A stretch of 61,034 nucleotides of DNA from a bacterium (GTDB taxonomy: Bacteria > Hydrothermota > UBA3073 > JACQXS01). The stretch's first letter is position 1. The number at the start of each line of letters is the position of its first letter. Position numbers and translations under genes: made by a program. Positions 27,938 to 37,138 of this stretch are shown here, piece after piece. The notes beneath the pieces are model-generated. The model saw only the letters and a list, made by a program, of their open reading frames with translations. It did no database searches and was not told the DNA's origin. The DNA is taken from assembly GCA_030592575.1 (NCBI GenBank), contig JAUVIV010000002.1, forward strand, positions 1 to 61,034. Reading direction: 5' to 3'.

Positions 27938-29248
27938 TTACAATTTTATATTGAATCCTGCTTGTATAGATCTATCAGGTCCTTCTACCCCTCTTATAAC
28001 CTGATATTCTGTATTAGTCAAGTTATTTATTCTGAACAATACCTCCCAGTTTTTTAACCTTTTTGAAAGCCCCAAAGAAAAGAGCCAATAAGTAGAAAAA
28101 GTTCCAAGAGACGTTTCTCTATAATAAATATTTTTTTCAATATATTTACTTTCCAATCCTATTTCTACATCATAAGGCAAAGGAATTTCAAGAGTGTTAA
28201 TAAATAAAACGGTAGGAAGATAAGATAAGATAATACACTTAGGAAGTTCAGAGTCAGAATAAACTTCTAATGGGATATACTCAAAAGAAATTACATTTTT
28301 GATTTTTTGCCATTCTAAGCTAATACCTCCTTCCCATTTTTTTTGTTGTTTTCCATTTACTGGTATAATAGATTCAAAAAGCGAGCGAGCTTGCATCGGA
28401 AAAGGATGGTCCCAATAAATTATATTTTCTACCCATTTATGCGAGAGCTCAAGAGTAACATTATCTCCAAGCAAGAATTTAACTGTAGAAAAAGAATTCC
28501 ATTGTTCGTGTTTTAAATCAGAATTCTGAACTACATAGGGTTGATTCATATAGATACTTTCAAAGGATTTTGTAACTTTTTTACTTCTATGTGAAATATT
28601 TATTGAGAGTAATTCGTTTACTCTCCAATTCATTTGCACAAATGGAGTTACGATAGGAGCACTTACGCCTACTCCTATAAATAGTGGCTCCCAAAATCTT
28701 CTGCCCCACAGGACACCAATGTCCCATAAAGGTTCTAACTCATAACAACCTGATACAAGAATCTTAAAAACATTTCCCCCAAGATAGAGAGAAATTGAAC
28801 TATTAGCAAGATAGAGATCTTTCCAGTATTTTTCTCCTATTCTATATTTTTTTGTTTTCGCATTAATCTCCAGAATACTTTTATTCCCAATAGTTCTTAA
28901 CTCTGTCTCAACTCCAATAGATATTTTATCCTCTATTTCCAGAATTTGCAATGCAAGTAAATTATTAAAATTTGTGCTTCCACTTATTTTGATATTATAA
29001 TCTTTTCCCAATTCATTTTTCCCAATCTTTAATCCCAAAAACAAATTCGGGAAACTTAAAGACGATTTTTTTTGAAGCAAAGCAAAAATATTACTTTGAT
29101 GAGATAATTGTTCAACTTTTAAAGTTTCTGCAAAAACTTCAGGTAAAGGCAATTCAAGTTTTGGAATAGGGTCATTTCCTTCAACTGCATATAAAGAAGT
29201 AGAAAGCAAAAGATAGAAAGCAAACAGTAAGAAAATATTATTTTTCAT
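27938..29248 (-). CDS. hypothetical outer-membrane beta-barrel protein
   Basis: Signal peptide; beta-rich; C-terminal ..NNLTNTEYQV..AGFNIKL resembles the terminal strands of TonB-dependent/porin-like barrels. Confidence 0.45.
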   Translation of the reverse strand: MKNNIFLLFAFYLLLSTSLYAVEGNDPIPKLELPLPEVFAETLKVEQLSHQSNIFALLQKKSSLSFPNLFLGLKIGKNELGKDYNIKISGSTNFNNLLALQILEIEDKISIGVETELRTIGNKSILEINAKTKKYRIGEKYWKDLYLANSSISLYLGGNVFKILVSGCYELEPLWDIGVLWGRRFWEPLFIGVGVSAPIVTPFVQMNWRVNELLSINISHRSKKVTKSFESIYMNQPYVVQNSDLKHEQWNSFSTVKFLLGDNVTLELSHKWVENIIYWDHPFPMQARSLFESIIPVNGKQQKKWEGGISLEWQKIKNVISFEYIPLEVYSDSELPKCIILSYLPTVLFINTLEIPLPYDVEIGLESKYIEKNIYYRETSLGTFSTYWLFSLGLSKRLKNWEVLFRINNLTNTEYQVIRGVEGPDRSIQAGFNIKL

Positions 29249-29279
29249 TAAATATTCTATTTTTTACTACTATTTTATG

Positions 29280-30290
29280 CTACTTAAACGGAGGTTTCTG
29301 AATTCCGTTTTCGGTTATAAACCCTGTAATATATTCATTAGGAGTAACATCAAATGATGGATTGAAAATATCTATATTTTTTGGTGCTATTTCATAATTT
29401 CCTATTTTTCTGACCTCATCTGGATTGCGTAGTTCAATTGGTATTTGTTCCCCTGATTCTATACTCAAGTCAAAAGTAGTGCTGGGTGCGGCAACATAAA
29501 ACGGTATATTATGAGTTTTTGCAAGGACTGCAAGTGTGTAAGTTCCTATTTTATTTGCAATATCTCCATTACGTGCAATTCTGTCTGCTCCGACAATACA
29601 CAAATCAACTTCCTTAATTACAACACCTCTTACACTATCACAAATTAAGGTTACAGGAATTTCTGCTTGCTGTAACTCCCAAGCAGTAAGTCTTGCTCCT
29701 TGCAAAACAGGCCTTGTCTCCGAAACAAATATTTTCTTTATTCTATTTTTTGCAATATAAATTGGAGCAAGTGCAGTTCCTATTCCACAAGTTGCGAGAG
29801 CTCCGGCATTACAATGAGTGAGAATTTGAGCATTTTTCGGGATAAGAGTTTCACCATTTTTTCCTATTTGTTCACACAAAAATTCGTCTTCTTTTTTTAT
29901 TTTATTAGCTTCTTGAAGAAGACAAGACTTGAGTAAGGAAAATTCAGAAACTACCTCTACAATTTTTTTCATTCGGGTTAAACCACAAAATAGATTATAT
30001 GCAGTAGGTCTGGTGTGTTCAAGTCTTTCAATTGCCTCTTTAATCTCTTTCACATCTTTTGCTTTCTGTGCAGCAATTGCAACTCCATACGCACCAATTA
30101 CACCTATTAAAGGAGCTCCTCTTATTCTCATTTCATTTATCGCTCCTACTATCCCTTCTACCGTGCCTATATCTTTGTAATTTATTTCCCAAGGAAGAAG
30201 GGTTTGGTCAAGTATCCTGACTTTCCCTTGAGACAAACAAACTCCTGTAGTATTTTCTTCCCACTCAACAGTGGAAAAATTTAATTTCAT
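29280..30290 (-). CDS. mtnA: S-methyl-5-thioribose-1-phosphate isomerase (eIF-2B alpha/beta/delta family)
   Basis: ..ILDQTLLPWE.., ..RIRGAPLIGV.., ..GADRIARNGDIANKIGTY..; ~336 aa. Confidence 0.8.
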   Translation of the reverse strand: MKLNFSTVEWEENTTGVCLSQGKVRILDQTLLPWEINYKDIGTVEGIVGAINEMRIRGAPLIGVIGAYGVAIAAQKAKDVKEIKEAIERLEHTRPTAYNLFCGLTRMKKIVEVVSEFSLLKSCLLQEANKIKKEDEFLCEQIGKNGETLIPKNAQILTHCNAGALATCGIGTALAPIYIAKNRIKKIFVSETRPVLQGARLTAWELQQAEIPVTLICDSVRGVVIKEVDLCIVGADRIARNGDIANKIGTYTLAVLAKTHNIPFYVAAPSTTFDLSIESGEQIPIELRNPDEVRKIGNYEIAPKNIDIFNPSFDVTPNEYITGFITENGIQKPPFK

Positions 30291-30413
30291 ATAAAAATAA
30301 TATCATCCGACACAATACTGTCAATGAAATTTTCCATAAAGAATAATTGACAATTATTCTTCTACATATATTATTATATATAATATATACTAATAATTTA
30401 AAAAGGAGGAATT

Positions 30414-31277
30414 ATGTATAAGAATATATTTTATTGCTCTTTGATTTTTCTTTTATCTTTTAGCTGGTGCAAGAATGCAAAGGCAGGTAAAATAACTTTC
30501 GATTCAAGCCGTGATGGAAATGTTGAAATATATGTAATGGATGAGGATGGTAGTAATCCAGTTAGATTAACTCATAACAATGTTCCGGATGTTCGTCCTT
30601 GTTGGTCACCTGATGGCAAAAAAATTGCTTTCAGTTCAAGACGTGATGGGAATCTTGAAATATATGTAATGAATGCGGACGGTAGCAATCCGATTAATAT
30701 ATCCAACAATAGTGCTAACGATTGGTATCCTTGCTGGTCACCTGATGGCAAGAAAATTGCTTTCAGTTCAAAACGTGATGGGAATGTTGAAATATATATA
30801 ATAAATGCAGACGGTAGCAATCCTGTTAATATATCTAACAATAGTGCCGCTGATTGGTGTTCTTCATGGTCACCTGATGGCAAGAAAATTGCTTTTTGGT
30901 CAGGTCGTGATGGAAACTGGGAAATATATTTAATGAATCCGGATGGCACAAACCAAGTAAATTTAACTAATAATAGCAAGGGCGGTGATTGGGCACCATG
31001 GTGGTCACCCGATGGTAAAAAAATTGCCTTTTTCAGAGAAGAGAGCGAAAACAATTCAGAAGTATGTATAATGAATGCTGATGGGACAAATATAATTAGA
31101 TTAACTTATAATGAAAATTTAGATGAGTATCCTTGTTGGTCACCTGATGGTAAAAAAATTGCCTTTATATCAGACCGCGATGGTAATTGGGAAATATATG
31201 TGATGAATACTGATGGGAGTAGTCAACAGAGACTTACTAATAACAATACTTGGGAATGGAAGCCATCATGGAAGTAA
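30414..31277 (+). CDS. secreted TolB-like PD40/WD40-like beta-propeller repeat protein
   Basis: Signal peptide; about 5 repeats of SPDGKKIAF.S.RDGN.EIY.MN.DGSN; repeats also visible at DNA level. Confidence 0.75.
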   Translation: MYKNIFYCSLIFLLSFSWCKNAKAGKITFDSSRDGNVEIYVMDEDGSNPVRLTHNNVPDVRPCWSPDGKKIAFSSRRDGNLEIYVMNADGSNPINISNNSANDWYPCWSPDGKKIAFSSKRDGNVEIYIINADGSNPVNISNNSAADWCSSWSPDGKKIAFWSGRDGNWEIYLMNPDGTNQVNLTNNSKGGDWAPWWSPDGKKIAFFREESENNSEVCIMNADGTNIIRLTYNENLDEYPCWSPDGKKIAFISDRDGNWEIYVMNTDGSSQQRLTNNNTWEWKPSWK

Positions 31278-31326
31278 ATCTAAAGAATTAAAAATTATTC
31301 TTTATTAGTAGTATCAATAATAAAAA

Positions 31327-31352
31327 GGGGGATTCTTTCTTACAGAATCCCC
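31327..31352 (-). terminator. rho-independent terminator of pilA
   Basis: On the minus strand GGGGATTCT-n7-AGAATCCCCC followed by TTTTTATTATT; located 18 nt past the pilA stop. Confidence 0.65.
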
Positions 31353-31369
31353 GCGATTTATATATAACT

Positions 31370-31771
31370 TTAGTGGTAAGTCTTATTTTGTGTACCGTAT
31401 ACATCTGTACTGTCCGTGTCATGTGCCTTAACATGTACAACAAAACTATCAGCGTATCCGTTAAAACTCTGGAACGTGAATGTAACTCCATCTTCAGGTA
31501 ACTGCATATATGCATTACCATCCGGATCAACTAATTTACCTATGAATGTACTATATGAAGTATATTCAACATCAGCTACTGCATAAGTCGCATAATCTAT
31601 TTCATATAATCCGACACATTCTCTTATTTTAGTAATATCAGCTTCTGCAGCTCCTCTACGAGCACGATTCTGAGCACCCATAAATCTTGGAATAGCAATA
31701 GCAGCAAGAATACCAATAATCACAATCACCACTATAAGCTCAATTAAGGTAAAGCCTTTTTTGTTTCTCAT
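31370..31771 (-). CDS. pilA: type IV pilin (prepilin with class III signal)
   Basis: MRNKKG|FTLIELIVVIVIIGILAAIAIPRF; AGGAGG 8 nt upstream of the ATG at 31771 (preferred over GTG at 31780). Confidence 0.85.
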   Translation of the reverse strand: MRNKKGFTLIELIVVIVIIGILAAIAIPRFMGAQNRARRGAAEADITKIRECVGLYEIDYATYAVADVEYTSYSTFIGKLVDPDGNAYMQLPEDGVTFTFQSFNGYADSFVVHVKAHDTDSTDVYGTQNKTYH

Positions 31772-31801
31772 TTTGTCCACCTCCTTTCACTTTATATATA
31801 T

Positions 31802-31817
31802 AGCAAACTTTATGCCA
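31802..31817 (-). promoter_or_regulatory. sigma-54 (-24/-12) promoter of pilA
   Basis: Minus strand reads TGGCAT-AAAGT-TTGCT, matching TGGCAC-N5-TTGCW; about 30 nt upstream of the pilA ATG. Confidence 0.75.
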
Positions 31818-31913
31818 AATCTATTCGAAAATTAAATTTAAAAGGTTAAAAGATTACAAGATAAGCATCTACGAAAAAATTCAATCAATTATTCTTCAAA
31901 AAATTACCAACGA

Positions 31914-31935
31914 TTAACGGAAATATTTCCGTTAA
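31914..31935. promoter_or_regulatory. perfect 22-bp palindrome TTAACGGAAATATTTCCGTTAA, candidate enhancer (UAS) for the PilR-like activator
   Basis: Perfect dyad ~100-120 bp upstream of the sigma-54 promoter; a further half-site TTTCCGTTAA at 31957..31966. Confidence 0.55.
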
Positions 31936-31942
31936 ATTTCCC

Positions 31943-33382
31943 TTAAGACGTTAGGATTTCCGTTAAAACATAGTAAGTATTTTTTTTGGAGGTTCCTTTA
32001 CAAATAATAAGGTTTTTGTCCATAAGTTTTTGCAAATCGTTTCTTACCATACGTTGAGATATATTAAAAAGAGAACTGCAGATTTTGGTAGTTATTTTTT
32101 GATGAGAATGTAAATAGTTCAGTATTTCTTCTTGGCGATAATCAGCTTTAGAAAGTTGGATATTGGATGATACACGCTGAGTACTGAACATTGGGTTAGA
32201 AATATAGGGAGTAGATTCTCTTATTTTACCTGGAAGATCCATTATATCAATTACAGAACTTTCTATAAGAATTATTTCTCGTTCTATTGTATTTTCAAGT
32301 TCTCGAATATTACCAGGCCAATTGTAAGAAAGCATTAATTTTGTTGCCTCTGATGATATTTTTTTAATAGCAACTTTATGTTTAGCACTAAATTTTTTCA
32401 AAAAATAATGAATAAAAAGAGGTATATCTTCCTTTCTATCACGAAGAGGAGGAATTTGGATAGGAATAACATTTATACGATAATAAAGGTCTTCTCTAAA
32501 TTTCCCTTCTTGTACCAAATCTTCCAGATTTTGATTTGTGGCAGTAAGGAGACGAACGTCCACAGGAATAGGACAAGTTGAGCCCACAGGAGTAATTTCG
32601 CGTTGTTCAAGAACACGTAATAAACCTACCTGGATTTTCGGTGAAGCAGTAGAAATCTCATCCAAAAATAAAGTTCCTTGATGTGCTGCTTTGAATAAAC
32701 CATCTTTATCATGAGTAGCTCCGGTAAAAGAACCTTTTACATAACCAAATAATTCTGATTCAAGAAGAGTTTCCGGAAGAGCACCGCAATTTATAGGGAT
32801 AAAAGGTTTTTTTACTCTTTTTGATAAACGATGTATTTCTCGAGCTATAACTTCCTTGCCAGTACCTGATTCTCCCTGAATAATGACAGTTGAGTCAGTT
32901 AAAGCAACCTTGCGAACAAGGTCTAAGACATCTTGAAATACTTTAGATGAACCTATAAGTTTTTCGGTTATTTTCAGCGAACTTATTTCTCTACGAAGCT
33001 TTATATTTTCTTGTTTTAGGAGGTAAGTTTTAATAGCACGCTGAACAACCCATCGAATTTCTTCAAGCTTAAAAGGTTTGGTAAGATAATCAAAAGCACC
33101 TCTCCGCATAGCTTCAACAGCAGATTCAAGAGAGGCATAGGCAGTAATAAGAATAACTATAATAGTAGGGTCAATTTTTTTTATCTGTGATAAAAGAGAG
33201 AGGCCATCAAGTTCCGGCATACGAAGATCGAGCAATATAATTTCAGGAATCCAATCCTGTATTATTTTCACAACCTCAGTTGGTTTCTGAGTTATACAAA
33301 CCTCATAACCTTCCTTATTAAGCATAACTTGAAGAAAGTCACATACTCCCTTTTCATCATCTACGACAAGAATACGAGGCAT
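31943..33382 (-). CDS. pilR: sigma-54-dependent response regulator (PilR-like): REC + AAA+ + winged-HTH-like C-terminus
   Basis: REC (..LLDLRMPELDG..); GESGTGKE; GSFTGA (GAFTGA variant); ESELFGY; the C-terminus resembles a DeoR-type HTH rather than a Fis-type HTH. Confidence 0.8.
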   Translation of the reverse strand: MPRILVVDDEKGVCDFLQVMLNKEGYEVCITQKPTEVVKIIQDWIPEIILLDLRMPELDGLSLLSQIKKIDPTIIVILITAYASLESAVEAMRRGAFDYLTKPFKLEEIRWVVQRAIKTYLLKQENIKLRREISSLKITEKLIGSSKVFQDVLDLVRKVALTDSTVIIQGESGTGKEVIAREIHRLSKRVKKPFIPINCGALPETLLESELFGYVKGSFTGATHDKDGLFKAAHQGTLFLDEISTASPKIQVGLLRVLEQREITPVGSTCPIPVDVRLLTATNQNLEDLVQEGKFREDLYYRINVIPIQIPPLRDRKEDIPLFIHYFLKKFSAKHKVAIKKISSEATKLMLSYNWPGNIRELENTIEREIILIESSVIDIMDLPGKIRESTPYISNPMFSTQRVSSNIQLSKADYRQEEILNYLHSHQKITTKICSSLFNISQRMVRNDLQKLMDKNLIICKGTSKKNTYYVLTEILTS

Positions 33383-33401
33383 AATTTAAATTATATATAG
33401 T

Positions 33402-34964
33402 TTAAGTTTTGTACGGGAGATGAACTGCAAAGCAAGTACCTCCCTCAAGTTCACTTTTGACTTCTATTCTACCTTTATGTAATTCAATTATTTTTGAGAC
33501 AATGGATAACCCAAGTCCAGCCCCTCCCCTCTTTGTGGTGTAAAAAGGTGTGAAAATTTGTTGAATATCATGGTCAGAAATTCCCAGACCTGAATCTTGA
33601 AAAGTAATAACTATTTCGTCTTTATAAGCAACTTTTTGTTCTTCTAAAATTGAATATTTATGAGAAGGTAGAATTAATCTAATATCAAGTTTTTTAGGTT
33701 TATCTCCATTAAAATTCATTGATTGAAGAGCATTAATTATAAGATTTAAAAAAGCTGTTTTTATTTGTTCGCTGTCAATTATAAGTTGCAAATCTTTTGG
33801 AGTATCCTGAATAAATTCTATTGGGATTTTGTTAATATTTGCAAGTTCAATTGATTCATTTATAATTTTACCGATTTTAATAGTTTCAAGATTTAACGGG
33901 ATAGGTTTACTAAAAGAGAGAAAATGTGTAACTACAGTATTCAAACGTTCAGATTGAGTTATAATATTATCTATAAGTTTTTCTTTCTGCCCTTCCGAAA
34001 CTCCTTCTTTGATAAGTTCGGAGGAACCTTTAATAGCAGTTACAGGGTTTCTTATCTCATGAGCAAGGTCGCCAGAAAAGCTACCAATAGTCGCTAATCT
34101 TTCTGTAATTTTAGAATCTGTAAGATCCTGAAATATAAGCACTATTCCTCTTTGTTCTCCGCGTGTACTTTGTAGCCAAGAAGTATTGACTCCAATAACT
34201 CTGGAACCAATGTTAATTTCTTGAAATCCTTTTTTGAAATTATCATTTAAAAGTTTTGCAAATTCATCAGGAAGTTCTTTAATGTTTTTTCTTATAGGAG
34301 TTTTCAGGATTTGGTCAGCAGATTTATTTTTGTAAAGCAAATTGCCAAGATGGTCAACAACCAATATTCCGGAATTTATAGATTGAAGGATAGTACTTGT
34401 ATCAAATTTAACCTGTCTAACCTCTTCTCTTTTTTGGCGAAGTTGTTCAGCAAGATAACCCGATGTAACTGCAACAAGATAAAAGAAAGTAGCTTGAAGA
34501 TAAATTCTCATATAAAGCGTATATGAATCAAGTTCTTGAAGTAAAGAAAAAACCATAGGAACAATGTTATGAAATTCCAATAGGAGTAAACCAGCGTACA
34601 TAAAAAGAGAAAAAGTAGCAATAAACACTCCTCCTTTAAGGAAGAAGAAAATACTTCCGACTATGATTGGGAAGAAGTAAAGAAAAGAGAATTCTGACTG
34701 GAATCCGCCGGTATGACGAATAATTCCAGTAATGATAAAGATATCAAGAATTATGCTTGTCCATATAATAAAATTAGAAAATTTTTCTTTTTTGAATGCA
34801 ATGTAGTAAAAAAAAGTAAGTATATAAGTAAGAAAAATAATACTCCAAAGAAAGATAGAAGAAGCTTTTGGGAGAAAATACATTCCGATTCCCAAAATTA
34901 CTGTAATAGTAATTATTCTAAATAATAATACCCATTTGAATGGGGTTTGGAGTTCTGTTTTCAC
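33402..34964 (-). CDS. pilS: membrane sensor histidine kinase (PilS-like)
   Basis: About 6 N-terminal TM segments; H-box FSGDLAHEIRNPVTAI; G2 box GGAGLGLSI. Confidence 0.75.
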   Translation of the reverse strand: MKTELQTPFKWVLLFRIITITVILGIGMYFLPKASSIFLWSIIFLTYILTFFYYIAFKKEKFSNFIIWTSIILDIFIITGIIRHTGGFQSEFSFLYFFPIIVGSIFFFLKGGVFIATFSLFMYAGLLLLEFHNIVPMVFSLLQELDSYTLYMRIYLQATFFYLVAVTSGYLAEQLRQKREEVRQVKFDTSTILQSINSGILVVDHLGNLLYKNKSADQILKTPIRKNIKELPDEFAKLLNDNFKKGFQEINIGSRVIGVNTSWLQSTRGEQRGIVLIFQDLTDSKITERLATIGSFSGDLAHEIRNPVTAIKGSSELIKEGVSEGQKEKLIDNIITQSERLNTVVTHFLSFSKPIPLNLETIKIGKIINESIELANINKIPIEFIQDTPKDLQLIIDSEQIKTAFLNLIINALQSMNFNGDKPKKLDIRLILPSHKYSILEEQKVAYKDEIVITFQDSGLGISDHDIQQIFTPFYTTKRGGAGLGLSIVSKIIELHKGRIEVKSELEGGTCFAVHLPYKT

Positions 34965-35032
34965 TTCAAATCAATGATTTTTTGAATTAATTGATTCAAA
35001 TCACAATACTACACGATTATGATTCACCTTTG

Positions 35033-36079
35033 TTATTCCACAACTGACGCCAATTCAAACATAGGAAGATACATTGCGGCAAGGATAACACCGATAATTC
35101 CGCCAAGTAAAACAATAGTAATTGGCTCGATAAGAGAAGTAAGTGTAGCAACTGCAGTGTCAACTTCCATATCATAAAAATCAGCAATTTTCTCAAGCAT
35201 TTCTCCAAGTGAACCACTTTCTTCACCAACTCTTATAAGGTCAGTAACAAGTGGAGGAAAAACACCTGACTCTTTGAGTGGACCAGCAATAGTTCTTCCT
35301 CCTGTAATACTCTCCTTTGCAGCAAAAACTGCTTCTTCAATAATCTTATTCCCCGCAGTAGTAGCTGTAATCTCAAGACCGGTAAGAATTGGGACTCCAG
35401 ATGCTGTAAGAGTTGCAAAAGTTCGAGAGAATCTTGCGACAGCAGCTTTTCTAATAAGAGGTCCAAAAACTGGCACATTTAGCACAAATTTATCAACTTG
35501 TCGTTTACCTTGTTTGGTTTTGTTGTATGCCTTAAAACCAACAACCAGAGCAATAGTAGCAATAACTAACAGGATGAAATTACCTCTTATAAAATCTGAT
35601 AACCCCATAACAGCTCTAGTCAATGCCGGTAATTCTCCTCCCATACCTGCAAACAATTGAGAATAAGTAGGCATAATAAATGTTAACAAGAAAAAAGCAG
35701 AGCCCATTGCAACTGTAAATATTACTGCAGGATAAGTCATAGCACTTTTAATTTTTCCTTTAAGTACTTCTGATTTTTCTAAATGTTCTGCTACACGAGT
35801 AAGTGTAGTATCTAAAACTCCTCCAGCTTCTCCCGCTCTTGCCATTGCCACATAAAGCGTATTGAAAACCGCAGGATATTTTGAGAGAGCAGCCGTTAAA
35901 GTATTTCCTGATTCTACATTATTAGTAATATCAAGTATTATTTGCCGAAATCTTTTATTTTTTGTTTGCTCTGAAAGTATTTCAAGGCATCTAACTATTG
36001 GTACACCTGCTTTTATCATTACTGAGAATTGGCGAGTAAAAACCATTACTTCTTTTGATGGTACTCTTCCTTCAAACAT
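35033..36079 (-). CDS. pilC: type IV pilus platform protein PilC (GspF family), N-terminally short
   Basis: Two T2SSF-like halves; ..FTRQFSVMIKAGVPI.. and ..FSRTFATLTASGVPI..; C-terminus ..AAMYLPMFELASVVE; 8-nt overlap with pilT. Confidence 0.8.
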   Translation of the reverse strand: MFEGRVPSKEVMVFTRQFSVMIKAGVPIVRCLEILSEQTKNKRFRQIILDITNNVESGNTLTAALSKYPAVFNTLYVAMARAGEAGGVLDTTLTRVAEHLEKSEVLKGKIKSAMTYPAVIFTVAMGSAFFLLTFIMPTYSQLFAGMGGELPALTRAVMGLSDFIRGNFILLVIATIALVVGFKAYNKTKQGKRQVDKFVLNVPVFGPLIRKAAVARFSRTFATLTASGVPILTGLEITATTAGNKIIEEAVFAAKESITGGRTIAGPLKESGVFPPLVTDLIRVGEESGSLGEMLEKIADFYDMEVDTAVATLTSLIEPITIVLLGGIIGVILAAMYLPMFELASVVE

Positions 36080-37136
36080 TTTTCTCCTTTATTCGTTTTA
36101 ATTCTTCCGGATTAGGGGATGCTCGTTGAGCAGTTTTCCATGAGAGAATTCCACGTCTTACCAAATCCGCAAGTGATACATTCATTGTCTGCATCCCAAC
36201 TTGTCCCGAGGTTTGAATAGTTCCGTATATTTCATGAACTCTATTATCTCTTATAAGTGCTCTTATTGCAGGAGTTATGGTCATTATTTCAATCGCAAGG
36301 CAAAGTCCTCTTCCACTTGCTCTTGGTAATAAACGTTGCACTATAACTCCCTCAAGTGTCAATGCAAGTTGTGTTCTTATTTGTCGTTGTTGATATGATG
36401 GAAAAACATCTATCATTCGATTAATAGACTCTGTTGCTGAATCCGTGTGGAGTGTACTAAGAACAAGATGTCCTGTTTCAGCTGCAGTGAGTGCACTGCT
36501 TATAGTTTCAAGATCTCTCATTTCACCCACAAGTATTACATCAGGATCTTGTCTGAGTGCATATTTTAGTGCAATGGCAAATGAATCGGTATCTTGTCCT
36601 AATTCGCGTTGCTGAACTAATGAGCGCTTATGTTCATGTATATATTCAATTGGGTCTTCTATTGTAATTATATGAGAAGCATCCTCTTGATTTATTTTAT
36701 CAACCATGGCAGCTAATGTTGTTGATTTTCCACTTCCGGTAGGACCTGTTGCAAGAATAAGTCCTCTTGTTTTTCCAATCATTGAATCAACTATTCTGGG
36801 CAATCCAAGTTCTCTTAGATTAGGAACTTCAAACGGGATACGTCTTAAAGCACAAGCAACTCGACCACGTTCCATAAATGCATTTCCTCTAAATCTTGAA
36901 ATCCCCTCAACCGAAAAAGCAAAATCCACTTCCTGATGTGCTTCAATTTTTTCTCTCTGCCCTACTGTTAACAATGCATAAATAAGCTCTTTGCAACTCT
37001 CCGAATTTAATGGAGGATTATCTGATATTGTAAGTTGCCCATCTATCCTGAATTGAGGTGGTACACCAGATGTCAGATGTAAATCAGTTGCATTTTTTTG
37101 CACTACATTTTCTAATAATTCATGTATTGAAATCAT
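36072..37136 (-). CDS. pilT: twitching-motility retraction ATPase PilT
   Basis: GPTGSGKSTTLAAM; ..IITIEDPIE..; ..GEMRD..; TGHLVLSTLHT; ~354 aa. Confidence 0.9.
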   Translation of the reverse strand: MISIHELLENVVQKNATDLHLTSGVPPQFRIDGQLTISDNPPLNSESCKELIYALLTVGQREKIEAHQEVDFAFSVEGISRFRGNAFMERGRVACALRRIPFEVPNLRELGLPRIVDSMIGKTRGLILATGPTGSGKSTTLAAMVDKINQEDASHIITIEDPIEYIHEHKRSLVQQRELGQDTDSFAIALKYALRQDPDVILVGEMRDLETISSALTAAETGHLVLSTLHTDSATESINRMIDVFPSYQQRQIRTQLALTLEGVIVQRLLPRASGRGLCLAIEIMTITPAIRALIRDNRVHEIYGTIQTSGQVGMQTMNVSLADLVRRGILSWKTAQRASPNPEELKRIKEKNV

Positions 37137-37138
37137 AA

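Noticed and set aside
30572-31054. 160-aa minus-strand ORF with its own internal repeats
   Set aside because: It mirrors the PD40 repeat gene on the plus strand, and its periodicity is inherited from that gene.
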